This document shows, piece after piece, positions 14,149-26,827 of a stretch of DNA of 64,000 nt. Source of the stretch: Octopus vulgaris (taxonomy: Eukaryota); contig OX597828.1 of the NCBI GenBank assembly GCA_951406725.2, positions 42,656,001 through 42,720,000 of the forward strand. The letters run 5' to 3'. Made by a program: the position numbers and the translations under genes. The notes below the pieces were generated by a model. That model was not told where the DNA came from, did not search any database, and saw nothing but the letters and a program-made list of their open reading frames with translations. The stretch's first letter is position 1; every line of letters starts with the position of its first letter.

Positions 14149-14293
14149 TTTTATATGTAGAAAAATACAAACTGGGACAAGAACGTAAAACATTTAGAAG
14201 ATTGAAGGCTTCGAATGTCCCGTCCGTGTTTTTTGTATCGTCTTCTAAATGTTTTACGTTCTTGTCCCAGTTTGTATTTTTCTACATATAAAA
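14149..14293. mobile_element. Miniature fold-back insertion (53-bp perfect arms, 39-nt loop) related to the 3' end of the 844-bp unit
   Basis: 14149-14201 is the reverse complement of 14241-14293. Loop and right arm match TTCGAATGTCC..GTCTTCTAA..CTTGTCC..TTGTATTTTTCTACATA. Confidence 0.85.
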
Positions 14294-14330
14294 TATATAT
14301 AGCGACGTCCGTACCCTCGTTGTCTTTATG

Positions 14331-14387
<57 letters not shown>

Positions 14388-14394
<7 letters not shown>

Positions 14395-15407
14395 AATAAA
14401 ATATATGCATATATATAAACATATATGTACGTACCTACCTCTACATGTACATATACACGCATATATGTGTACAGGACACCAAAAAGACGTCGAACACATA
14501 GAGAGACGAAAAACATAGACACAAACCAAGGAACAAGACAGGCAAAAAAATAAGAGAGATACAGGACAGTAAGCACAACGAAAAATCCCCTTCTTCAGTC
14601 GCTAAAGTTTCATCTACTAAACGTTTCGAAGGATATAAAAGCGAGACGTATACTTCGAATGAAAAATTCCTTCCTGCGAAAAGCAAATCAATTAAAATTC
14701 TGAGATCTTTTTGCAGAGGGGTAAAAAAAGCAAGACGATAACGACAGTACAAACATATAAACAATAAAAAATGTATATATAAACAGTGGAAAAATAAATA
14801 TATAACAGTGAGAGACAGGACAAGGAGAACAAGATAAGAAGGGCTGTTAACGCCAGACGAAAAAAGTATTGCAAACGCTGGATTATAGTGGACGACGAGA
14901 GAGGAAGATGTCGACCAGTGGCCTTAGAAGGCGGGCGAGAAAGGACAGGAGCAGTTACGACGGAAGTAACGTCGCAGATGGACGACGGGAATGGGGGAGG
15001 AGGAGCAAGAGGAAGAGAGAGAAGAAGGGGAATGGTGCGAGGAGACCATGAAGAACAGTGAGGGGGAGAGAGAGAGGAAGAGACAAGTGAAGTGAGGGAA
15101 AAAAGACGAAAAAGGGAATGGGAGAGAGAGAAAGAAAGATGCAGAGTCGCGTGAGAGTTAATATCAAGGCGAACTTGATAAACAGAACAATCTTACTTAA
15201 TAGGGTGCGTGCGTTTAGTCGTATAATATGTTAATAAAATATATGCATATATATAAACATATACGTACGTACCTACCTCTACATGTACATATACACGCAT
15301 ATATGTGTACAGGACACCAAAAAGACGTCGAACACATAGAGAGACGAAAAACATAGACACAAACCAAGGAACAAGACAGGCAAAAAAATAAGAGAGATAC
15401 AGGACAG

Positions 15408-15409
<2 letters not shown>
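14388..15409 (-). mobile_element. Non-coding 838-bp Penelope-like/retrozyme-like unit with 184-bp terminal direct repeat
   Basis: 14388-14571 repeats at 15226-15409 (one mismatch). CT-rich body on the minus strand, rearranged HHR, (TA)n on both flanks. Confidence 0.75.
14585..14649 (-). ncRNA. Non-circularly permuted hammerhead ribozyme (putative)
   Basis: Minus: ACG-UC-UCGCU ... AUCCUUC-GAAA-CGU ... AGCGA-CUGAAGA-AGGGGAU. Stems III, I and II all pair in register. Confidence 0.7.
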
Positions 15410-15438
<29 letters not shown>

Positions 15439-15767
15439 GTATATACGTATGTATGTATGTATTCATGTATGTATGTATGTATGTATGTATGTATGTATGT
15501 ATGTATGTGTGCGTCTTTGTGTGCGGCTGTCCGCCTCATTATCCCTTGACAACTGCTGTTGGTGTGCTTATGTCCCCGTAACTTAGTGGTTCTGCAGAAG
15601 AGACCGATAGAATAAGTATTAGGCTTTACAAACGTCCTGGAGTCGATTTGTTCGACTAGAAGGTGATGCTCCATGACCGCTGACACATGGCCAAAACAAG
15701 TAAAAGAATAAAATACATATATATTTTTCATGATTAAATAATCTCCTGATTGATTCCTGTCCAAAAT

Positions 15768-15849
15768 TTTACCTGAAGATGCTAGGTTCTATGCTATGAT
15801 GTAATCTACAAATAAATCAATAACAATCTATCGAAACAGGTGTCGTAAA
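15768..15849 (+). ncRNA. Type I hammerhead ribozyme motif
   Basis: TTTAC-CTGAAGA-T-GCTAGGTT...AATCTATC-GAAA-CAGGTG-TC-GTAAA. Confidence 0.6.
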
Positions 15850-15938
15850 TTTTAAACCGTATTTGTTTCCTCTTACGCCGCATTTAAAACCAGTTCTGAG
15901 TGAGATCTACGCTTAAAACTGGATTCAGTATTTATGTA

Positions 15939-16816
15939 GGTGGTCCGATCAATAAGTGTCATGACTGTTGCCATAGTAACGAAACTAAAGCATGCAGAGT
16001 GAAGCTGCTAGGTACAGATTGACCTTGAACGCTGTTGTGCATGTGCACAAAGTTTTGACGTTCTTGCTCATTTCCGCTGTTTACGGCAGTACTTGTAAGG
16101 AAGGTGTGTAGCGTGTGATCGTCGCATTGACAAAGTTGAGCAGAAAATCTACATCAAATTTTGCCAAAATCTTGGTGATACCTGCTCGAAAGGCTACACA
16201 ATGTTTTGGAAAAGTTTTCATCGTTCTCGACTCAAACAAGGAGATCTTGTGCAACTGAAACCCGAGTGTCTTTTTGGTCAGCTGAAAGCAGTTTTGGCAC
16301 AAACTTGACAGACACGCGTCTCATGCCCAAATCTTCAGTGATAATGGACTGAACTGAACCGTAACTAATCTGCACATCCTCTGAAAACTAACAGTTGGTG
16401 ATTCGACGATTTCCCCTCACAGCTGCCCGTACACCTGCAATGTTTTTCTCAGTTCTTCTCGTCTCCCAGAACGTTCGTCAATATCGACATTTGTTCGGCC
16501 GTCTTGGAAACGTCTGAACCACTCGTACACTTGTGTGCGACTCATACACTCCTCTCCATACACTTTCTGCAACTGTGCGTAGGCCTCTAAAAAGGTATCT
16601 CTATGACAACTTTCTCTGTCATGGTCAATGCGGCAATCACACGCTACACACTTTCATTCCAAGCACTACTGTAAACAGCGGAAGTGAGGTAAAACCTCAA
16701 AACCTTGTGCGCATGCACAGCAGAATTCAAGATCAGTCATTCCCAAGCGGTTTCACACTGCGTGCTTTAGCTTCGTTACAATGGCAACAGTCCGGCTACT
16801 TATTGATCAAACCTCG
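15939..16816. mobile_element. Mariner-derived fold-back element made of two 5' ends, with transposase N-terminal remnant
   Basis: About 200-bp diverged inverted arms. Minus strand ~16200-16620 translates to AYAQLQKVYGEECMSRTQVYEWFRRFQDGRTNVDIDERSGR and EDLGMRRVSVKFVPKLLS (mariner HTH and WVPxxL-like linker). Confidence 0.85.
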
Positions 16817-16986
16817 TGTCTACAGTATCTTACGAACACCTGATTACTTCATATTTATTTCACCTCAATGAGAAACCTATGGCATTGTACCGAGCCTTTT
16901 CTGACGTCCTAGATGTTGAAGCGCTTTGATTCTATTGTCTCTCTCTTTCTCCATCTCTCTGTCTGTTGCTCTGTCTGCTTGCCTGT

Positions 16987-17031
<45 letters not shown>

Positions 17032-17469
17032 ATATATATTCTTTTATTTGTTTCAACCCCAGCATGGAAAGCGGACTTTAAACGATGATAAATGATGACG
17101 ATGATATATATACGATAAGCTTCTTTCAGTTTCCGTCTACCAAATCCACTGACAAGGCTTTAGTCGACCCGGGGCTATAATAGTAAAAGACCTGTTGCTC
17201 GTGTTGTTTGCTTCTTTCTGTATTTAAAGTTTTTTTTTTTTTTTTACACCAGTTAGTTGTTAGTGTTGCCCTACGTCATCTAACACCAATCCACTTGACC
17301 TCGCCCACGATGGACAGAGCGTCGTGCTTAGTTTTAGACGACTGACCCTTCAGATAACTCTGCTTGACCTGTTGACCGGAGACAACACTATAGCCCTGAT
17401 TGTGACTAGACGGAAGTTAACAGCCATCTTATATCCATACCCGTCACTTCCCTCTTTACAACAGGGCTA

Positions 17470-17520
<51 letters not shown>

Positions 17521-17683
17521 CGGCGACAGGAACAATTAGGATAATAATAACGGAAGCATCGCCAACACCAGCAATCAACAAGGACAAGAGAACAGCAACA
17601 GCAACAACAACAACAGCAACTCTTGCAGAATCATATATTTTCGTTCACTAATTTCCCTATATTTATTTATACATCGTCATGAA

Positions 17684-17685
<2 letters not shown>

Positions 17686-17739
<54 letters not shown>

Positions 17740-18538
17740 ACACACACACACATACATACACACATATATATGCATGCACACACATACACTCACTCACATA
17801 AACACACACACGCACAAGCACACATACACACGCATATACATACATATACATGCTTGCGCACACATACACTCACATATACAAACACACACACACGCGCATA
17901 CATACACATATATATATGCATGCACACACATACACTCACTCACATACACACACACACGCACAAGCACATTCACACATACACACGAATATACATACATATA
18001 CATACATGCGCACACATACACTCACATACACACACACACACACGCGTATACATACACACATATATATGCATGCACACACATACACTCACATATACACACA
18101 CACACACACACACGCATACATACACACATATATATGCATGCACACACATACACTCACTCACATACACACACACACACACACGCACAAGCACACTTTCACA
18201 CACACACGCACATACACACATACACACGCATATACATACATATACATGCATGCACACACATACACTCACATATATACACACATACACACATGCACACACA
18301 CACATACAAAACAGTCATACACACACATATTCACACACACTCATGCACACACACACATGCACACGCACACACATTCATACACACATACACAAATACATAC
18401 GCATATACACACATACCCATGCATGCACACACATACACTCACACATATACACACATACACACAACGTAGACAACACTCATACACACACATGTTCACACAC
18501 ACCCATACACACATACACACGTGCACACACGCACACAT
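17686..18538. repeat. (CA)n-rich degenerate mini/microsatellite
   Basis: Recurring CATGCACACACATACACTCAC subunits. Confidence 0.9.
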
Positions 18539-18719
18539 GTTTGTATGTTTACGTCCCCGTAACTTGGCCGTTCGGCAAAAATGATCGATAGAATAAGTAC
18601 CAAGCTTTAAAAAACGTACTTGAGGCGATTCATTCGACTAAAATTCTTCTTCGCATCGCCTTAGCATGGCCGCAGTCCAATGACTGAAGCAAGTGGAGTA
18701 ATAAAAGAATCTTTATGAA

Positions 18720-18855
18720 AGGCTTGCTTACCAACCACATGGTTCTGGGTTCAGTCCCACTACGTGGCACCTTGGGCAAATATCTTCTACTATAGCCTCG
18801 GGCCGATCAAAGCCCTGTGAGTGGATTTCGTAGACGGAAACTGAAAGAAGCCCGT

Positions 18856-18918
<63 letters not shown>

Positions 18919-18923
18919 GTATG

Positions 18924-18983
<60 letters not shown>

Positions 18984-19190
18984 CCCATATGTTTGTGTGT
19001 CTGTGTTTGTACCCCAACATCGCTTGACAACCGATGCTGGTGTGTTTACGTGCGCGTAACTTAGCGGTTCGGCAAACGAGACCGATAGAATAAGTACTAA
19101 GCTTACAAAGAATAAGTCATGGGGTCGATTTGCTCGACTAAAGGCGGTGCTCCAGCACGGCCGCAGTCAAATGACTGAAACAAGTAAAAG
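18720..19190 (+). mobile_element. SINE family A copy (5'-clipped)
   Basis: B-box, body, internal microsatellite and 3' end as in 1731-2141. Confidence 0.85.
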
Positions 19191-19535
19191 ACCGTAAAGT
19201 TGACATCTGAGGAATTTGAACTCAGAACTTAAAGACAGACGAAATACTGCTCAGCATTTCGCCCGGCGTGCTAATGTCTCTGCCACCCCGTCGATTTGTG
19301 TGTGTATATGTTCTTTTCTGCTCTAGACACAAGGCTCGAAATCTTGAAATCTTGCGGGAGGGGGCCAGTCGATTAGACCGACTCCAGTGCGTAACTAGTA
19401 CTTAATTTATCGACTCCGAAAGGATTAAAAGTAAAGTCGACCTCGGAGGAATTTGAACTCAAAACGTAAAGACACACGAAACACTGCTAAGCATTTCGCC
19501 ATGCGTGCTAACGTTTCTGCCAGCTCTCCGCCTTA
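19190..19535 (-). mobile_element. SINE family B copies
   Basis: GGAATTTGAACTC..GCTAACGTTTCTGCCAGCTC..CGCCTT motif, twice. Confidence 0.75.
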
Positions 19536-20173
19536 AAAGAATGCCGCACATATATAACAGGTCAAGTGATCCAACGTTCGATTAGAGCCCCAGCTACCTT
19601 CCCCTTAGGATCCTTTCAAAACCAACCGTCACAACATTTTCCTGGCAGAGTCGTTAGCGTGACCAACATAGAAAAGAGGTGTTATCCAACCGTTTCGTTC
19701 TAGGTCTACCCCCAAGTCTCCTGCTTCTTGACTCGCCTTGAACGATTTTTCTTGCAATCATTTCCTGCATCTTTTATTACCGGAACTGTAACCTCTCAAT
19801 GCGAAACAACCACTTGCCTTGGAGAGACTTCCCATCACGTGGCGTTACACCAGAGATTCCTAGGGGCAGCTCCAGTTTTATCTCTTTTAGCTGTTGTTAC
19901 TGTTGACATCTAGATAAAAGCCAAGCAAACATAGATAAATAAAATAAAATTAATTGATCTCAATGAAATTTGAACGTGGATTGATAATACTTGGAACTAT
20001 CGCTAAAAATTTCCATTCGCCGACGTATTGAGGCTGTCGTTACAGAGTGTGGTGAAAAGGTGTGTTTGAGGAAACTAACGAACCACGTACATTAATTTCA
20101 CCACCATCAGTAGCACCACATACCTAGACGCACAGAAACATATAGGCATATACATATACATACATACATACAT

Positions 20174-20276
<103 letters not shown>

Positions 20277-20277
20277 G

Positions 20278-20465
20278 GGAGAGTTTCCGAAAAAAACAAA
20301 AGACGAAGGCAAGTTGTATATAAAAACAAACAGATGTATTAGTATAACGTTCAGGAATAGAAAAAAGTATTTTACGTTTCGAGCCTACACTCTTCTACAG
20401 AAAGGGACACAGATAAACCAAGGAGAGAAAAAAATGTGTGTAGTGGCTAACGATCTATCACGGCA
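20278..20465 (-). mobile_element. Family H1 copy (variant HHR, CUGUAGA)
   Basis: Minus CTGTAGAAGAGTGTAGGCTCGAAACGTAAAA. Adjoins (TA)n. Confidence 0.6.
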
Positions 20466-20472
20466 ATATGTA

Positions 20473-20580
<108 letters not shown>

Positions 20581-20929
20581 CAAATATGTGCATAAATGTA
20601 TATCTGTGTATGTATGTAAGTATGTGAGTGTGTGTGTATATATATATATACATATATATATGTGTGTGTGTGTATATATATACGAGGTGCACATATATAA
20701 ATGCATATGTAAGCAAATGTATGCATGTATACATATATCTCTATGCGTGTGTGCGTATGTGTATACACACAAATAGATAGATGGTTAGATAGACAGACAG
20801 ATAGGTAGTTAACTAAATTGTGAGGACATTTTTTGTGAGTGCGCGTTTTCCTGTGTGTTCCTTTGTCATCCTTCTGTACGATTTTTTTCACTCTTTTTAT
20901 ACATAAATAATAAGAGATACGTACATATC

Positions 20930-20968
<39 letters not shown>

Positions 20969-21251
20969 ACACATATATGCATACACATATTCTCGTGTGT
21001 GCGTAGGTGAATATAATGTAGCTGCTTCGAAATGCATGCAAATAGAGTGGAGAAGAAAAGCGAGACGTTGACAGGTTGTTTGGCTTTGTATATCATAATT
21101 ACATAATAAATGTCGCCGATAAATATCGGTTAAACTCTACAACGGCGACGACAACATTAACAACACGGACACAATTGCAGAAACATACAAAAACACCTAA
21201 CATGAAGTAAACGGCCACGTTGTGTGACTCATCTACGTCATATATCCATCC

Positions 21252-21340
<89 letters not shown>

Positions 21341-21626
21341 CCTACCTTTCATATACATACAGGAAGTTAAAGGTTCGCTTTTAGAAGCGAAATAATGTTC
21401 AAAATTAGTAGTTTGTATTGAATAAGAAGTATACGATGTCTTTGTTCTGGTTCCGGATAGGTTTTCTCTAATTACACGCGTTTGTGAGTGTGCGTGTATC
21501 TAAATGCGTTAGCACCTATAGTCATACATGCACGCATGTATGCATGACACACACATAGACACACACACACACACACACGCACACATATATATTTGTATAT
21601 ATATATATATATGTGTGTATGAGTGT

Positions 21627-21702
<76 letters not shown>

Positions 21703-21724
21703 TGATTCGCTAGCTTCAGTACGC

Positions 21725-21902
21725 ATTTTTTTTCTCTCCTTGTTTCTCTCCGTGTTTCTTTTCTGTGTATCTGTCTGTTGAAGAGCGTAGGCTCGAAACG
21801 TAAAAGACTTGTTTTATTTATATTCCTGAGCGCCATACTAATACAAGTGTTTGTTTGTACTCCACCTGCCTTCGTCTTTTGTTTAATTTCGTTAAGCTTC
21901 CC

Positions 21903-21905
<3 letters not shown>
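21725..21905 (+). mobile_element. Family H1 copy (variant HHR, CUGUUGA)
   Basis: CTGTTGAAGAGCGTAGGCTCGAAACGTAAAAGAC, followed by (TA)n. Confidence 0.6.
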
Positions 21906-21938
<33 letters not shown>

Positions 21939-22164
21939 TACGAACGTACTTGTATATGTTTATTAATATCCACATATTTTTTCTATTTTATTCGTTTCAG
22001 TCGTTTGACTGCGGCCATGTTAGAGCACCACATTTAGTCGAACAAATCGACCCCTAAGACATTCTTTCTAAGCTATTACTTATTCTATCGATTTCTTTTG
22101 TCGAACCGCTAAGTTACGTGGCACCTTGGACAAGCCTTGTGACGGAGACTGAACGAAGCCCATC

Positions 22165-22223
<59 letters not shown>

Positions 22224-22434
22224 TGTAAGTGTGTGTGTGTGTTTCTGTGTCTTTGTTTGTCCCCCCATCCTCACTTGACAACCGATGTTTGTGTGCTTAC
22301 GTCCCCGTAACTTAGCGGTTCAACAAAAGATATCGATAGAATAAGTACTAGGCTTACAAAGAATAAGTCCTGGGGTCGATTTGATCGATTAAAGGTGGTG
22401 CTCTGGCATGGCCGCAGTCAAATGACTGAAACAA

Positions 22435-25011
22435 CTAAGAGTTATACGGTCTTGTCCATGTTGTATTTTTCTACATACCTTAACATATATTCCAGGCGCC
22501 CCGTACCCCCCCTTAACATTTATGTGAGCACATATTCTTAATAATTGGTACGACTCTCTGTTTGTCTCTCTCTCTCTCTCATTTTTACTTGATCTGTCCC
22601 CCTCTCTCTCTTTTCTCTCTACTCATCCTCTTTTTCTCTTCTCTTTCCTCTGATTCTTTGGTCTAGTCTTCCACTACCCTCCTATTTCTTTGTCTCGCTC
22701 TGCACTCACAGGTCATTCTTCGACACCCATCCCTTCTCCTCTCTGATTCCTTCTTTCTCTCTCTTCTCTCTCTTTGTTGCGTTTGTCCCTCCTCTCTCTC
22801 TCTCTTCCTTTGCTTCTCTTTCTTTTCTTTTCCCTCTTCTCTGTCACGTGACTGTTGGCCGAAATCTGCCTTTCAGCCTCTGACCCTCGTTCTGTTAACA
22901 TCGCTGTTTTCGTCCGCCACTATAAAGGCTTTTTCCATTGCGCCAGAGAAAAAATTTGTTTGCTTGTTATCAGTCGTAAGACACTGTTGTTTTCACCGTT
23001 AATGCTTCTGTATTTCATGTTTCTGTATTCCATTATTGTTTTTTGTTTTTTTATATCTGTCCCTTTTGCTGTCCTGGTGTTCGTATGCATTCGATCCTTC
23101 TTCCAGGAAATCTACGCTTCCAGCTTAGTTTTTCTAATGCTCGTTGCTTGGTTTTTCTTGGAGGGCTGGCCGTGATCTAGTAATCTCAAGATTAATCAGC
23201 CGAAATTACTACGATGATCCGGTTCTTGACTGAAGACTGGGGGTTTCGAATGTCCTGTCCGTGTTTATTGTGTCGTCTTCTAAGAGTTATACGGTCTTGT
23301 CCATGTTGTATTTTTCTACATACCTTAACATATATTCCAGGCGCCCCGTACCCCCCTTAACATTTATGTGAGCACATATTCTTAATAATTGGTACGACTC
23401 TCTGTTTGTCTCTCTCTCTCTCTCATTTTTACTTGATCTGTCCCCCTCTCTCTCTTTTCTCTCTACTCATCCTCTTTTTCTCTTCTCTTTCCTCTGATTC
23501 TTTGGTCTAGTCTTCCACTACCCTCCTATTTCTTTGTCTCGCTCTGCACTCACAGGTCATTCTTCGACACCCATCCCTTCTCCTCTCTGATTCCTTCTTT
23601 CTCTCTCTTCTCTCTCTTTGTTGCGTTTGTCCCTCTCTCTCTCTCTCTTCCTTTGCTTCTCTTTCTTTTCTTTTCCCTCTTCTCTGTCACGTGACTGTTG
23701 GCCGAAATCTGCCTTTCAGCCTCTGACCCTCGTTCTGTTAACATCGCTGTTTTCGTCCGCCACTATAAAGGCTTTTTCCATTGCGCCAGAGAAAAAATTT
23801 GTTTGCTTGTTATCAGTCGTAAGACACTGTTGTTTTCACCGTTAATGCTTCTGTATTTCATGTTTCTGTATTCCATTATTGTTTTTTGTTTTTTTATATC
23901 TGTCCCTTTTGCTGTCCTGGTGTTCGTATGCATTCGATCCTTCTTCCAGGAAATCTACGCTTCCAGCTTAGTTTTTCTAATGCTCGTTGCTTGGTTTTTC
24001 TTGGAGGGCTGGCCGTGATCTAGTAGTCTCAAGATTAATCAGCCGAAATTACTACGATGATCCGGTTCTTGACTGGGGGCTGGGGGTTTCGAATGTCCTG
24101 TCCGTGTTTATTGTGTCGTCTTCTAAGAGTTATACGGTCTTGTCCATGTTGTATTTTTCTACATACCTTAACATATATTCCAGGCGCCCCGTACCCCCTT
24201 AACATTTATGTGAGCACATATTCTTAATAATTGGTACGACTCTCTGTTTGTCTCTCTCTCTCTCTCATTTTTACTTGATCTGTCCCCCTCTCTCTCTTTT
24301 CTCTCTACTCATCCTCTTTTTCTCTTCTCTTTCCTCTGATTCTTTGGTCTAGTCTTCCACTACCCTCCTATTTCTTTGTCTCGCTCTGCACTCACAGGTC
24401 ATTCTTCGACACCCATCCCTTCTCCTCTCTGATTCCTTCTTCTCTCTCTCTTCTCTCTCTTTGTTGCGTTTGTCCCTCCTCTCTCTCTCTCTTCCTTTGC
24501 TTCTCTTTCTTTTCTTTTCCCTCTTCTCTGTCACGTGACTGTTGGCCGAAATCTGCCTTTCAGCCTCTGACCCTCGTTCTGTTAACATCGCTGTTTTCGT
24601 CCGCCACTATAAAGGCTTTTTCCATTGCGCCAGAGAAAAAATTTGTTTGCTTGTTATCAGTCGTAAGACACTGTTGTTTTCACCGTTAATGCTTCTGTAT
24701 TTCATGTTTCTGTATTCCATTATTGTTTTTTGTTTTTTTATATCTGTCCCTTTTGCTGTCCTGGTGTTCGTATGCATTCGATCCTTCTTCCAGGAAATCT
24801 ACGCTTCCAGCTTAGTTTTTCTAATGCTCGTTGCTTGGTTTTTCTTGGAGGGCTGGCCGTGATCTAGTAGTCTCAAGATTAATCAGCCGAAATTACTACG
24901 ATGATCCGGTTCTTGACTGGGGGCTGGGGGTTTCGAATGTCCTGTCCGTGTTTATTGTGTCGTCTTCTAAGAGTTATACGGTCTTGTCCATGTTGTATTT
25001 TTCTACATACC

Positions 25012-25015
<4 letters not shown>
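22435..25015 (+). mobile_element. Tandem array of three ~844-bp non-coding units plus ~48 bp (Penelope pLTR/retrozyme-like)
   Basis: TAAGAGTTATACGG recurs at 22436, 23281, 24124 and 24968. CT-rich body, rearranged HHR near each unit end, terminates in (TA)n. Confidence 0.85.
23178..23240 (+). ncRNA. Non-circularly permuted hammerhead ribozyme (putative), intact core in unit 1
   Basis: UAGUAA-UC-UCAAGA ... UCAGCC-GAAA-UUACUA ... UCUUGA-CUGAAGA-CUGG: 7-bp stem III and 6-bp stem I in register. Stem II is irregular. Confidence 0.65.
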
Positions 25016-25053
<38 letters not shown>

Positions 25054-25062
25054 CATACATAC

Positions 25063-25093
<31 letters not shown>

Positions 25094-25106
25094 TGTATGT
25101 ATGTAT

Positions 25107-25270
25107 GTACGATGGGTTTCTTTCAGTTTCCGTACACCAAATCTACTCACCAGGCCTTGGTCGGCCCGGGGCGATAGTAGAAGACAGCTGGCAAAGATAG
25201 CACGCAGTGGGACTGAACTTGGAACCACGTGGTTGGTGGAAAGCACGCTTCTTACCACGCAGCCACGCAC
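25107..25270 (-). mobile_element. SINE family A 5' half
   Basis: Reverse complement of the family A head and body. Confidence 0.75.
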
Positions 25271-25909
25271 ACTCGCCACAAAGGTCTAAATTTTGGGGGA
25301 CGATGTACGGGCAAAATACAGAAGCAGTTTACAAAAACAAAAAAAAAAGGCAAGAAAAAAAAAACAAGAACAATGATAACAATCACAGACGAACAATAGA
25401 ATTTCGAATGGATATGGCACCAATGTGGCAGAATTGTCGGGGTTTTTTTTCACCCCCTTTTTCCGACATGTTTATTTCAGATTTTGTTCAATTATTCCAA
25501 GCAAGTTTACTTTCACTAAAACATCTCAGGAAAGTCTTGCCTTCGTCCAAGTTCACCTCTCTGCTCCACCACCCCATTTTCCTACTCACTCTACTTCATC
25601 CTCAGCATCGTTGTCATCATCATCATCATGTTCATCATCGTCTTTTTTTTTCTTCTTCTTCGTCTTCTTCTTCTTCTTCTTCCTCTTCTTTTTCTTCTTC
25701 ATCTACTTCATGCTTCTTTTCTTCTTCTTTTTCTTCTGCTTCTACTTCTTGCTTTTCTTCTTTTTCTTCTTCTTCTTCTTCTCCTTCTTCGCCTCCCCCT
25801 CCTTGTCTTCTTCTTCTTCTTCCTCTTCTTCTTCTTTTTCTCCTCCTCCTCCTCCTATCTTCTTTTATGTGTGTGCGTGCGTATACATCTGTTTATGTAT
25901 AAATATGCT

Positions 25910-25940
<31 letters not shown>

Positions 25941-25983
25941 CGTTGTCATCATCATCATCATGTTCATCTTCGTCTTTTTCTTC

Positions 25984-26014
<31 letters not shown>

Positions 26015-26091
26015 GAGTATATACGGGTGTGCGCATGCATATGTATGTGTATATAAGTTGTTATATGTACAAATAAGTATTTAGAAGTATA

Positions 26092-26165
<74 letters not shown>

Positions 26166-26399
26166 AAAAACCTAGCTGAAGCTAATAGTGTTTGATGACG
26201 GTTCTTCTTTGGCATCTGTTGTTTGGTAAACGATGCCAGATTGACACTTAGTACGTCTCTACTCTCAATTAATTGACTCTATTATTCCGATATTTGCAGC
26301 AAATGGTAAGCTTTATGTCCTGATTCCGAAATTATAGAGTTGGCATGTCTTCAGAGGTCTTTAGTGTTTTATACTGTAATTTTGTATTTTTGCTGTTAT

Positions 26400-26446
<47 letters not shown>

Positions 26447-26515
26447 GTAGATAGATAGATAGATAGATAGATAGGTAGGTAGATAGATAGACAGACAAAC
26501 TGACAGATAGAGAGC

Positions 26516-26618
<103 letters not shown>

Positions 26619-26633
26619 TTAGATAGATAGATA

Positions 26634-26730
26634 GATGGATGGAGTGATGGATGGATAGGGGGATGGATGGATGTATGGATGGATACACAGACTGATAGAT
26701 AGATAAATAGACAGGTAGACAGAGAGACAG

Positions 26731-26827
<97 letters not shown>

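Noticed and set aside
22855-24862. Identical 106-aa hydrophobic ORF in each tandem unit
   Set aside because: It starts at TTG, the hydrophobicity reflects T-rich composition, and identity follows from recent duplication. No recognisable domain.
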